Shown piece after piece: positions 9,700 through 17,217 of a stretch of 17,514 nt of DNA. The stretch is taken from positions 1-17,514 of the forward strand of contig JBBDYA010000102.1 in the NCBI GenBank assembly GCA_040902005.1. Reading direction: 5' to 3'. Both the position numbers and the translations under genes were made by a program. Source of the DNA: Gemmatimonadaceae bacterium (GTDB lineage Bacteria; Gemmatimonadota; Gemmatimonadetes; Gemmatimonadales; Gemmatimonadaceae). A model generated the notes under the pieces. It did not search any database, had not been told where the DNA came from, and was given only the letters and a program-made list of their open reading frames with translations. Position 1 is the stretch's first letter. Every line of letters begins with the position of its first letter.

Positions 9700-9705
9700 T
9701 GTTGC

Positions 9706-10977
9706 ATGTCGAATGCCGAGCCGCGTCGCCGGCGCGTCGTCGTCGTCGGCGCGGGCGCGGCGGGATGCATGGCCGCGATCTTTGCGGCAGCGTCCGGCGC
9801 GGACACCACACTCGTGGAGCGCACGAAGGACGGGGGGCGCAAGATTCTCATCAGCGGCGGGGGGCGCTGCAACGTCCTGCCGGCGCGACTCGATGAATCG
9901 CGCTTCGTCACGGATTCGTCCCCCAACACCCTGCGCAAGATGCTGCGCTCCTGGCCGCTGGACGAGCAGGTGGCGTTCTTCGAGGGCGAGCTGGGCATCC
10001 CGCTGGTGATCGAGCAGGCGACGGCCAAGCGCTTTCCCGCTTCGCACAAGGCGCGCGACGTGCGGGACGGCCTGCTGGCGCACGCGTCGCGAACCGGGGG
10101 GGGGCGGGGAGCGACGCTGCTGATGGACACGATGATCACCGGGTTCGGGCCCGAGGGCGGGTCCTGGCGCGTGGAGCGCGCGAACGGCGCGCCTATCGAA
10201 TGCGACGCGCTCGTCGTGGCCACCGGCGGGCTGTCGGTGCCGAACACCGGGAGCGACGGCACCGGGTTGCGCGTCCTGGAGCAGCTGGGACACGCGATGC
10301 ATGCCACCTACCCCGCGCTCACGCCGATCACCGCCAGCGAGCCGGACCTGGCGGCGCTCAGCGGGGTGTCGCTCACCGTGACGCTTTCGGCCGAAGACGC
10401 GCAGCGCGCCGCGACCGCGACGGGCGGATTCCTCTTCACGCACCGGGGATACAGCGGCCCCTCGGTGCTCGACGTGTCGCACGTGGTGACGCGGTCAGAC
10501 GCGTCCTCAAACGCGCGGGCCCGCCTCACCGTGCGGTGGACCCCCCTGGGCGACGCGGAATGGGAGCGCGCGCTCCAGCCGCTCGGCAGGCGGTCGGTGA
10601 TCGGCGCGCTGCGCGCGGAGCTGCCGGACCGTCTGGCCGAAGCACTGGCGACGCGGGCGGGCGTGGATCCCGCGCGCGTGCTCTCGGAGCTGCGCCGCGA
10701 AGAACGGCTGCGTCTCGTGGAGACCCTGGTGCGTGGGGACCTGCCGTGGACAGGCGACGAGGGGTACCGAAAGGCCGAGGTGACCGGGGGCGGCGTGGCG
10801 CTCTCGGAGGTGGACCCACGCACCATGGAGAGCCGGAGACACCCCGGCCTGTTTCTCTGCGGCGAGGTGCTCGACGCATTCGGCCCGATCGGCGGCTACA
10901 ACTTCGTGTGGGCCTGGGCTACCGGGCGGGCAGCCGGACTGGGGGCGGCCGGCGCCACGCCGGACAGCCCACACTAG
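9706..10977 (+). CDS. HI0933/YhiN/BaiN-family NAD(P)/FAD-dependent oxidoreductase, 423 aa
   Basis: VVVGAGAAG Rossmann motif, GRKILISGGGRCN, ATGGLSVPNTGSDGTG, FLFTHRGYSGP, AEVTGGGV, TMESR..PGLFLCGEVLD..GPIGGYN..WAWATG: all signature blocks of this family. Confidence 0.93.
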   Translation: MSNAEPRRRRVVVVGAGAAGCMAAIFAAASGADTTLVERTKDGGRKILISGGGRCNVLPARLDESRFVTDSSPNTLRKMLRSWPLDEQVAFFEGELGIPLVIEQATAKRFPASHKARDVRDGLLAHASRTGGGRGATLLMDTMITGFGPEGGSWRVERANGAPIECDALVVATGGLSVPNTGSDGTGLRVLEQLGHAMHATYPALTPITASEPDLAALSGVSLTVTLSAEDAQRAATATGGFLFTHRGYSGPSVLDVSHVVTRSDASSNARARLTVRWTPLGDAEWERALQPLGRRSVIGALRAELPDRLAEALATRAGVDPARVLSELRREERLRLVETLVRGDLPWTGDEGYRKAEVTGGGVALSEVDPRTMESRRHPGLFLCGEVLDAFGPIGGYNFVWAWATGRAAGLGAAGATPDSPH

Positions 10978-10978
10978 C

Positions 10979-11047
10979 TGCGAACCACGGAAGCCACGGA
11001 GGACGCGTCCGTGTCCTCCGTGTCCTCCGTGTCCTCCGTGGTTCGCA
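10979..11047. repeat. REP-like palindromic element with internal 9-bp tandem repeats; probable bidirectional terminator between convergent genes
   Basis: Perfect 13-bp terminal inverted repeat TGCGAACCACGGA (10979-10991) / TCCGTGGTTCGCA (11035-11047); (TCCGTGTCC)x3 at 11008-11034; central palindrome GGACGCGTCC at 11001-11010. It fills almost all of the 74-bp gap between two stop codons. Confidence 0.8.
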
Positions 11048-11051
11048 CGCG

Positions 11052-11816
11052 CTACAACACCCCGACGCTGCGCACACGGTGATCCACGTTGTCGCCGATC
11101 CATTTCCAGAGCGCGTCCTGCCCCTCCGGAGGAATCGAATCCAGTCGTTGACGGCGCCAGGTGTTCATGACTTCGTCGTCCACTGTCCACATCCGCACGC
11201 GGTGCCGAGGAATCCTGCGCTCCCAGTTCACCGCGACCGTCGGCCGCGGGAACAGCACGCGCACGGTCACCGTCCTGGAGAGATACTCGAGATCGGTCAT
11301 GCTGATGTTCGCGTACCGACTGAGACTGTCCCCCGGCTCGGCGGGCGTGTCGGGAATACCGTCCGTGAGCAGCACGACATCGATCGGCGACAGCGCGAGC
11401 CCCTGCCGCTTGACCAGGACCGCCACGCGGGTGAAGAACGGATTGAAGTCCGTGTACCCGTCGCGCGTGGGATACTCCGCGCGCAGGAACGCGGCGATCT
11501 CCTCCACGCTGCGCCCCTGGAACGTGTGGATCGGCTGAAACGACTTCGTCTCCTCGGCGTTCGCGCCGCCGATCGCGCCCACGAACAGCGCCGTCGGCTG
11601 TTTCAGCCCTCCCAGCCCGTTGAGCCGGGCATAGAGATAGTTGGCCGCGAAGTCGATCGAGCTCTCGTGGTTGGCGCGAAACGATCCGCTCACGTCGATC
11701 CCGACCACGAGCGTCGAGCGTGCCACGCGCGTCGTGTTTGGGCCCGGCGCGCACCCCGCGAGTATCACCAGCGCGCCAAGGATCAGCCGCGGCGTCCATC
11801 GTGTATGCGCGTTCAT
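11052..11816 (-). CDS. Lipoprotein with vWA-like fold and complete MIDAS motif, 254 aa
   Basis: Start at ATG 11816 overlaps the upstream TGA (ATGA), with GAAGGTGG upstream. Signal MNAHTRWTPRLILGALVILAG-C (lipobox LAGC); VVGIDVSGS (DxSxS); GYTDF (Thr); VVLLTDG (Asp). Confidence 0.8.
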   Translation of the reverse strand: MNAHTRWTPRLILGALVILAGCAPGPNTTRVARSTLVVGIDVSGSFRANHESSIDFAANYLYARLNGLGGLKQPTALFVGAIGGANAEETKSFQPIHTFQGRSVEEIAAFLRAEYPTRDGYTDFNPFFTRVAVLVKRQGLALSPIDVVLLTDGIPDTPAEPGDSLSRYANISMTDLEYLSRTVTVRVLFPRPTVAVNWERRIPRHRVRMWTVDDEVMNTWRRQRLDSIPPEGQDALWKWIGDNVDHRVRSVGVL

Positions 11817-13096
11817 GACGCCACCTTCGGCATGTCGCGCGGCGTGGCCATGGCAACGACATTGTTCAGCTCGAACCGCGGCGACCGCGCGGGCCCCGCC
11901 CCCGTGAAGGGATTCACGGCCAGCAAGTCGTCCAGCGACTTGAAGGGCACGGGAAACGCCGGACGCGATTGCACCACGACCACGGCAAAATTCACCGCGA
12001 CCGCGAGCAACTGGAGCACCGGCACCGAGAGCAGCTCGAACAGGCGCTTGCCCTCGAGCTGGAAGAAGATGACGTCCGCCTTGAGCGCGTCCACGGGCGC
12101 GCTGAGCAGGCCGGGGCGCACCGGATCGGGTGCGGGGGCCGTCACGGCATCCTGCGTGATGGTCTGGCGCGACAGGATCGCCAGCAGCGCCGGCGTACCG
12201 AACCGGCCGAAGAGGAACCACGACATGCCGCGCACGCCCACCCATCCGAACGACGCGAGCAGCAGCGTGGAGACGAGACCCAGGCGCACCTCACCCGCGG
12301 ACTGCTGCGCGATCCACGGCGTGACCGCGTCGATCAGCTCGCGGTACAGGAAGATCACCTCGAAGAACATCACGGCGCTCTCAACGAGCGTCATCTGGAT
12401 GATCTCGCTCACGCGACGGTTGCGGATCGCGTCCGTGAGAACCTGGACGCACGCGAAGCTGCCGGCCACGAGCATGAACAGGAACACCCAGAGCAGCGGC
12501 GCCATCACGTTCGGATTCGGTTCGATCCCCGTGATGCCCCCGAACACCTCGGTCAGCGTGGGCTGCAGTGTGAACGTGAAGACCGTTGCCTCCACGCCGG
12601 TCCAGAGCAACAGCACGAGGAAGGCGATCCAGGGCATGCCGGGCTGGAAGTACCGACGCGACGTCCAGTCCAGCGCCGCCAGTGGCGAGCGCACGAGCCC
12701 CACCAGGGTGTTGCGCATCGTGAGCACGACGAACCGGAGCGCGCCGAGCGCCCAGCCGAACAGCGCGACGAAGAATCGCGCGATACCCATCCAGTACAGC
12801 CAGATGGAACGGCCGGCGTCCCACCACGCCATGAGCAGCGCGGTGATGAACCCACCGCGGCCGGAACGGAACGGCAGGGTGTACACCGATACCATCGTGC
12901 TCCACACGCCCGTGATCAGCAGCAGCGTGGGCATGAGCAACGTGACCGCGCCGAACACCATGACGATCGGGTACTGGCCGGTCATGGAGTTCAGGAGCGC
13001 GGACTGCCATTCGGGAATCCAGCGAAGGGGGGCCGCGAGCACCGTGACGGCGCCGCGCCACTCGGCCGGAAAGAGGTCGATGAACGACTGGAACAT
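11813..13096 (-). CDS. Uncharacterised polytopic inner-membrane protein, about 427 aa
   Basis: C-terminal part of ORF 11813..13492. Start placed at ATG 13096 (MFQSFIDLF...), preceded by GAGGG. Roughly 7-9 hydrophobic, Trp-rich segments by eye; GC3-biased codons; no family recognised. Confidence 0.8.
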   Translation of the reverse strand: MFQSFIDLFPAEWRGAVTVLAAPLRWIPEWQSALLNSMTGQYPIVMVFGAVTLLMPTLLLITGVWSTMVSVYTLPFRSGRGGFITALLMAWWDAGRSIWLYWMGIARFFVALFGWALGALRFVVLTMRNTLVGLVRSPLAALDWTSRRYFQPGMPWIAFLVLLLWTGVEATVFTFTLQPTLTEVFGGITGIEPNPNVMAPLLWVFLFMLVAGSFACVQVLTDAIRNRRVSEIIQMTLVESAVMFFEVIFLYRELIDAVTPWIAQQSAGEVRLGLVSTLLLASFGWVGVRGMSWFLFGRFGTPALLAILSRQTITQDAVTAPAPDPVRPGLLSAPVDALKADVIFFQLEGKRLFELLSVPVLQLLAVAVNFAVVVVQSRPAFPVPFKSLDDLLAVNPFTGAGPARSPRFELNNVVAMATPRDMPKVAS

Positions 13097-13321
13097 TGTG
13101 CCCTCGCGAACGAGGAGGTGCCGCGCGATCTGCGGCGCGGCGGCGCGAGCGGCTCCGGCATCGGTGGGCCAGTCTCGGCGAAGGAACACTGCACCCGTGT
13201 CATGGTCGGGTTCGCCGATGCACGCCGCTGAACTAGGGTGCGGTTCGTCACGAAATCCGGTCCGTTTCGATACACCCCCCGCGGGCGAAGGGCATTCCAC
13301 CCCGAATCCATCCGGGACACC

Positions 13322-13350
13322 TTGCCGGAAGACCGGGTCGTCCATAACGT
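13322..13350 (+). promoter_or_regulatory. Putative sigma70 promoter of the S8 peptidase gene
   Basis: TTGCCG (13322-13327), 17-nt spacer, TAACGT (13345-13350); about 70 nt upstream of ATG 13419, which has a GGAG RBS. Confidence 0.5.
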
Positions 13351-13418
13351 CGGTCCACCCGTGCGGAGGCGGCGCTGCCCCGTCGGACAAAATTGCATTC
13401 AAAAACCGGAGTTCTCGA

Positions 13419-15107
13419 ATGCGTACGTTCGCACGATTGGCAGGGTTGGGCATGATCGTAGCCGCCGCGGGATGCGCGGACAGTGGTCCCACGGAACTGG
13501 CGCGGACGGCGCCGCCGCAGGAACTGTCTGCCGCCCAGGCCGCACAGGGCAGCTACATCGTGGTGTTCAAGGATGGCGTGAGCGACGTTCCCGGACTGGC
13601 TCGACGGCTCGCGACCGAAAGCGGCGGGGAGCTCGGGTTCACCTATCAACACGCGATTCGCGGCTTCTCCGCGCGGATTCCCGCGGGTGCCCTCGAGGGG
13701 CTGAGCCGCCACCCGATGGTGGAAACGATCGAGGCGGACCAGGTCATCACCCTTTCCGCAACGCAGTCGAACGCCACGTGGGGGCTGGACCGCATCGACC
13801 AGCGCGACCTGCCCTTGAACGGGACGTACACGTACAACGCCACCGGCGCCGGCGTCCGGTCGTACATCATCGATACGGGCATTCGCAATTCACACGGGGA
13901 TTTCGGCGGTCGGGCGTCGTCCGGATTCACGGCGATCAGTGACGGCCGAGGCACCGACGACTGCAACGGCCACGGCACGCACGTGGCGGGCACCGTTGGC
14001 GGCACGACCTGGGGTGTGGCGAAGGGCACGTCGCTGATCGCGGTGCGCGTGCTCAACTGCCAGGGCTCGGGCACGACGAGCGGCGTCATCGCCGGCGTGG
14101 ACTGGGTCACGGCAAATCACGTCAAGCCGGCCGTGGCCAACATGTCGCTGGGCGGCAGCGCAAGCTCGACGCTGGACAACGCGGTGGCCAACTCCATCGC
14201 GGCCGGCGTGACGTACGCCATCGCCGCCGGCAACAGCAACGCGAACGCCTGCAACTACTCGCCCGCCCGGGTCGCTTCCGCGATCACGGTGGGCGCGACC
14301 ACGAGCAGCGACGCGCGCGCGTCGTACTCGAACTTCGGCAGTTGCCTCGACGTGTTCGCGCCGGGCAGTTCGATCACGTCGGCGTGGTACACCAGCAACA
14401 CCGCCACGAACACGATCAGCGGCACGTCCATGGCCGCGCCGCACGTCGCGGGCGTTGCGGCGTTGATCCTCGAGGGAAGCCCGTCGGCGAGCCCGTCGTC
14501 GGTGACGTCCACCATCACGTCGAACGCCACCACCGGCAAGGTGACGAGCGCTGGCACGGGCTCGGCGAACCGCCTGTTGTACATGGGCTTCATCGGCGGG
14601 GGCGGCGGTGGGGGCAACCAGTCGCCGACCGCGTCGTTCACGTTCAGCTGCACGGACCTGAGCTGCTCGTTCAACGGCGGCGGGTCGAGCGATCCCGACG
14701 GCAGCATCTCGAGCTACGCCTGGAACTTCGGCGATGGCACCACCGGCAGCGGCGTGGCGCCGAGCAAGACGTACGCGTCGGGTGGCACACGCACCGTGAC
14801 GCTGACCGTGACCGACAATGGCGGCGCGACCGGCAGCACGTCGCAGTCCGTCACGACGGTCGCCCCGGGTGGCTCGACGATCACCCTGTCGGTGAGCGTG
14901 TCGAAGGTGAGAGGCGTCAGCACGGCGAATCTCAGCTGGAGCGGCGCTACGTCCTCTGCCGATGTGTACCGCGGCACCTCGAAGATCGCGACCGTCACTG
15001 GAACATCGTATGCGGACAATCTCGGGCGGGGCGGCGGGTCGCAGACCTATCAGGTGTGCAACGCCGGCACGACCACGTGTTCGCCGAGCGTGACCGTGAA
15101 CTATTGA
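13419..15107 (+). CDS. Secreted, probably lipid-anchored S8A serine protease (aqualysin/proteinase K-like) with I9 propeptide, PKD domain and C-terminal beta-rich domain, 562 aa
   Basis: Real part of ORF 10200..15107. GGAG 7 nt before the ATG; signal [20 protein letters not shown]9 propeptide (YIVVFK...[10 protein letters not shown]...IEADQ); WGLDRIDQR; catalytic triad [26 protein letters not shown]; oxyanion AAGN; Gly7 linker; PKD motifs [18 protein letters not shown] and [11 protein letters not shown]. Confidence 0.95.
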   Translation: MRTFARLAGLGMIVAAAGCADSGPTELARTAPPQELSAAQAAQGSYIVVFKDGVSDVPGLARRLATESGGELGFTYQHAIRGFSARIPAGALEGLSRHPMVETIEADQVITLSATQSNATWGLDRIDQRDLPLNGTYTYNATGAGVRSYIIDTGIRNSHGDFGGRASSGFTAISDGRGTDDCNGHGTHVAGTVGGTTWGVAKGTSLIAVRVLNCQGSGTTSGVIAGVDWVTANHVKPAVANMSLGGSASSTLDNAVANSIAAGVTYAIAAGNSNANACNYSPARVASAITVGATTSSDARASYSNFGSCLDVFAPGSSITSAWYTSNTATNTISGTSMAAPHVAGVAALILEGSPSASPSSVTSTITSNATTGKVTSAGTGSANRLLYMGFIGGGGGGGNQSPTASFTFSCTDLSCSFNGGGSSDPDGSISSYAWNFGDGTTGSGVAPSKTYASGGTRTVTLTVTDNGGATGSTSQSVTTVAPGGSTITLSVSVSKVRGVSTANLSWSGATSSADVYRGTSKIATVTGTSYADNLGRGGGSQTYQVCNAGTTTCSPSVTVNY

Positions 15108-15128
15108 TCTGAACCGATGGAGTCAGTG

Positions 15129-15174
15129 CACCGCCCTCGTGACCATGACGGTCGCGGGGGCGGTGTTCTTTTCT
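15129..15174 (+). terminator. Rho-independent terminator after the S8 peptidase
   Basis: 16-bp stem CACCGCCCTCGTGACC / GGTCGCGGGGGCGGTG with two G-U wobbles that pair only on the + strand RNA, 5-nt loop, then TTCTTTTCT. Confidence 0.85.
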
Positions 15175-15191
15175 GGCGGCCGCTCCACCGG

Positions 15192-15220
15192 TTGGCGCTC
15201 TCGTCCTGGCGGAGTACGTT
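15192..15220 (+). promoter_or_regulatory. Putative sigma70 promoter (leaderless) of the DUF192 gene
   Basis: TTGGCG, 17-nt spacer, TACGTT, 6 nt, ATG (15227); lies just downstream of the terminator. Confidence 0.55.
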
Positions 15221-15226
15221 GCCTTG

Positions 15227-15736
15227 ATGATCCTGGCATTTCCGACATGCAACGCGCTCATAGCGGTCGTCGCGGCCTGTGTGTTCTCCGGGTGCGCGTC
15301 GGCCGACGACGCCGGCTACGATCGGGTGCTCCCCTTCGATACCGCGCGCGTTCGGGTGGTCGCGGGCCCCGACACCGTTGTCTTCACGGTCGAGCTGGCG
15401 CGCACCGCCGAGCAGAGGACGCTGGGGCTGATGGAGCGGCGCTCGATGCCGGACTCCGCGGGAATGCTCTTTCTGTATGCGGCGGACCAGCCGCCTTCGG
15501 CCGGCTTCTGGATGTACCGGACCCGCATTCCGCTCGACATAGCGTTCGTGGATTCCACAGGGGTCGTCGTGGACACGAAGCGCATGAGTCCGTGCGAAGC
15601 CACCCTGCCCGCGGGCTGTCCCACCTACGATCCGGGGGTGGCGTACCGTGCCGCGCTCGAGGTGAATGCCGGCGTCTTCGAGCGCCATGGAATAGCGCGC
15701 GGCGCTCGGCTGCTGCTCGCAGACACCGTGAACTAG
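15227..15736 (+). CDS. DUF192-domain protein, probable lipoprotein, about 169 aa
   Basis: VELARTAEQRTLGLMER, GMLFLY, FWMYRTRIPLDIAFVD, ALEVNAG are DUF192 signatures; hydrophobic N-terminus ending VFSG-C. Alternative start TTG 15224. Confidence 0.9.
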   Translation: MILAFPTCNALIAVVAACVFSGCASADDAGYDRVLPFDTARVRVVAGPDTVVFTVELARTAEQRTLGLMERRSMPDSAGMLFLYAADQPPSAGFWMYRTRIPLDIAFVDSTGVVVDTKRMSPCEATLPAGCPTYDPGVAYRAALEVNAGVFERHGIARGARLLLADTVN

Positions 15737-15760
15737 GAGCTCGTTCCTAGTTCCTCTTCT
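15730..15760. terminator. Small hairpin between convergent genes, overlapping the DUF192 stop codon
   Basis: GAACTAGGA-gctcgt-TCCTAGTTC (9-bp perfect stem, 15730-15753) followed by pyrimidine-rich CTCTTCT. Confidence 0.5.
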
Positions 15761-17083
15761 CTAGCGCAGCACGCTGCCGGGGCCGGTGCCGAACCGTGGA
15801 TTCACCACGGTATTGAAGATCGATCCGAAGGTGTAGCTCAGCCCCAGCCGTCCGTCGTAGCGGTAGTTCGTCTGGAGGTCGCGCAGCTCCAGCAGGATCT
15901 CTTCCGGCGTGGCGCCGCGCTTGGGAATCGCGAGCTGGTCGCGAAGGAGCGAGGCGCCGCCGCCGATTTCGATCGCGAAGCCGCGAGCCACGCGCACCTC
16001 AAGCTCCCCATCGAAGTTCATCCGCCACTGCGAGCTGTTGTCCAGGTAGCTGAACGTCTCGAGCGTGACGTCCGCTTCTCCCCACGGCTGTGTCAGGTCG
16101 TAGCCAACGACCAGCGCGTGCGTGGGACGGGTCTCGGCGAATTTGTTGAAGATGGTCTCCTCGCGATACCGGAACGACGACACGCCCACCGAGTACTGCA
16201 GAGTGAGCTGCCGCCGCGTGAACTCGTCGTACGGGAAGACACTGTACTCCACGGCGGGCGCGGCGCGGACGGCCAGTTTCGTGTTTTCGAACGTGGACCT
16301 GCCAACGGACACCTGGAACCCCGAGCCCCAGTGCGCCCCGTGGCTGCGCACCGCCACGGCGCCGGCGCCGTAGCTCTCCCGGAGCGTGGTGATCTTCTCG
16401 TCAACACCATCGCCATCCGAGTCGTCCAGGGTGAAGTGCGACTCGTCGAAGAACGCGTCCGTGCCCACGCCGAATTTCCAGCGCGGCGTGATGCGGGTGG
16501 CCTCGAAGGACCCGCCCCATTCCAGCTCCGACTGGCGCTCCTCGCCGTCGAACGACGCGTTCGCGTCCAGGTCGAAGACCCACGACCGCCACGGGTCAGC
16601 GGACGCCACGGCGGTCGGCGCGGCGCCGGAGGCGTCGTCATCCAGGACCATCCGCACCGCCAGCGCGAGCGGCGAACGCGCCACGTAGGGCGCCAGCCCC
16701 AGCTGGATCGTGCGCGTGAGTCCTCGACGGCGATTGTCCTCGGTCCCGCCGACATTGAACACGTACGTCAAGGTGTCGTCGCGGGCCGCGAACGCGCCGA
16801 GTCCCACGAAGTTGAGCGTGTACTGTTCGCCGCCCGCTCCGGTGCCCAGGCTGGTAATGAGCAGGTGCACGTCGGCATCCGTCCGGTCGCGCACGAACGC
16901 GACCCACGGGGTCTCGGTGCGCACGTAGTCCCCGTCGCAGTCCGCATTGCAGTCGAAGAACACGCGCACGGCGCGTGACGCGTCCTGGGCGGTGGCTTCG
17001 GCGGGCAAGGCGGACAGTGCGGTGGCCGCGCACAGCACGGCGACGGCCAGCGACGGCCAGGGTACCACCCGTCGTAGAGACAT
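15761..17083 (-). CDS. Putative outer-membrane beta-barrel protein with N-terminal soluble domain, about 440 aa
   Basis: Start placed at ATG 17083. Sec signal MSLRRVVPWPSLAVAVLCAATALSALPAEATA-Q; from 'DPWRSWVFDLDANASF' onward many alternating amphipathic aromatic strands (PAVEYSVFPY, LTLQYSVGVS, YRYDGRLGLSYTFG). Confidence 0.75.
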   Translation of the reverse strand: MSLRRVVPWPSLAVAVLCAATALSALPAEATAQDASRAVRVFFDCNADCDGDYVRTETPWVAFVRDRTDADVHLLITSLGTGAGGEQYTLNFVGLGAFAARDDTLTYVFNVGGTEDNRRRGLTRTIQLGLAPYVARSPLALAVRMVLDDDASGAAPTAVASADPWRSWVFDLDANASFDGEERQSELEWGGSFEATRITPRWKFGVGTDAFFDESHFTLDDSDGDGVDEKITTLRESYGAGAVAVRSHGAHWGSGFQVSVGRSTFENTKLAVRAAPAVEYSVFPYDEFTRRQLTLQYSVGVSSFRYREETIFNKFAETRPTHALVVGYDLTQPWGEADVTLETFSYLDNSSQWRMNFDGELEVRVARGFAIEIGGGASLLRDQLAIPKRGATPEEILLELRDLQTNYRYDGRLGLSYTFGSIFNTVVNPRFGTGPGSVLR

Positions 17084-17089
17084 GCGCGC

Positions 17090-17095
17090 AATATA
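17090..17095 (-). promoter_or_regulatory. Putative -10 box (TATATT) of a leaderless transcript for the beta-barrel gene
   Basis: Minus strand reads TATATT-gcgcgc-ATG; an isolated AT-rich patch in GC-rich DNA; no SD. Confidence 0.55.
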
Positions 17096-17161
17096 TAGTA
17101 CGGCGGCGGCCGGCTCAGCGCCTTGCCGAGCGGCCTCATCACGCAACGCCGGCGATCTCCG

Positions 17162-17170
17162 TGCTATGCT
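17162..17170 (+). promoter_or_regulatory. Putative extended -10 promoter (TGnTATGCT) for the small ORF
   Basis: TGcTATGCT about 48 nt upstream of ATG 17218. Confidence 0.45.
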
Positions 17171-17217
17171 TCATGGAGGGAACTCAACGTACGGGACACG
17201 TGGGATCGGGAGAGAGC

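Noticed and set aside
4082..10009. 1975-aa plus-strand ORF antisense to cgs (also 1235..3001 and similar)
   Set aside because: Shadow ORF caused by high-GC codon bias; Arg/Ala/His-rich with no motifs, and it lies opposite a well-supported gene.
11008..11040. Tandem repeats as a possible CRISPR array
   Set aside because: 9-bp units with no spacers, and no cas genes in the window.
10200..13418. Apparent 1073-aa N-terminal extension making a 1635-aa 'giant' protease
   Set aside because: It is an off-frame read of the flavoprotein plus antisense of the two minus-strand genes. The true start at 13419 has an RBS, a signal peptide and an upstream promoter-like sequence.
17041..17060. 10-bp direct repeat CGACGGCCAG x2 in a signal-peptide coding region
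   Set aside because: Only two copies in GC-rich DNA with the reading frame intact; probably chance.
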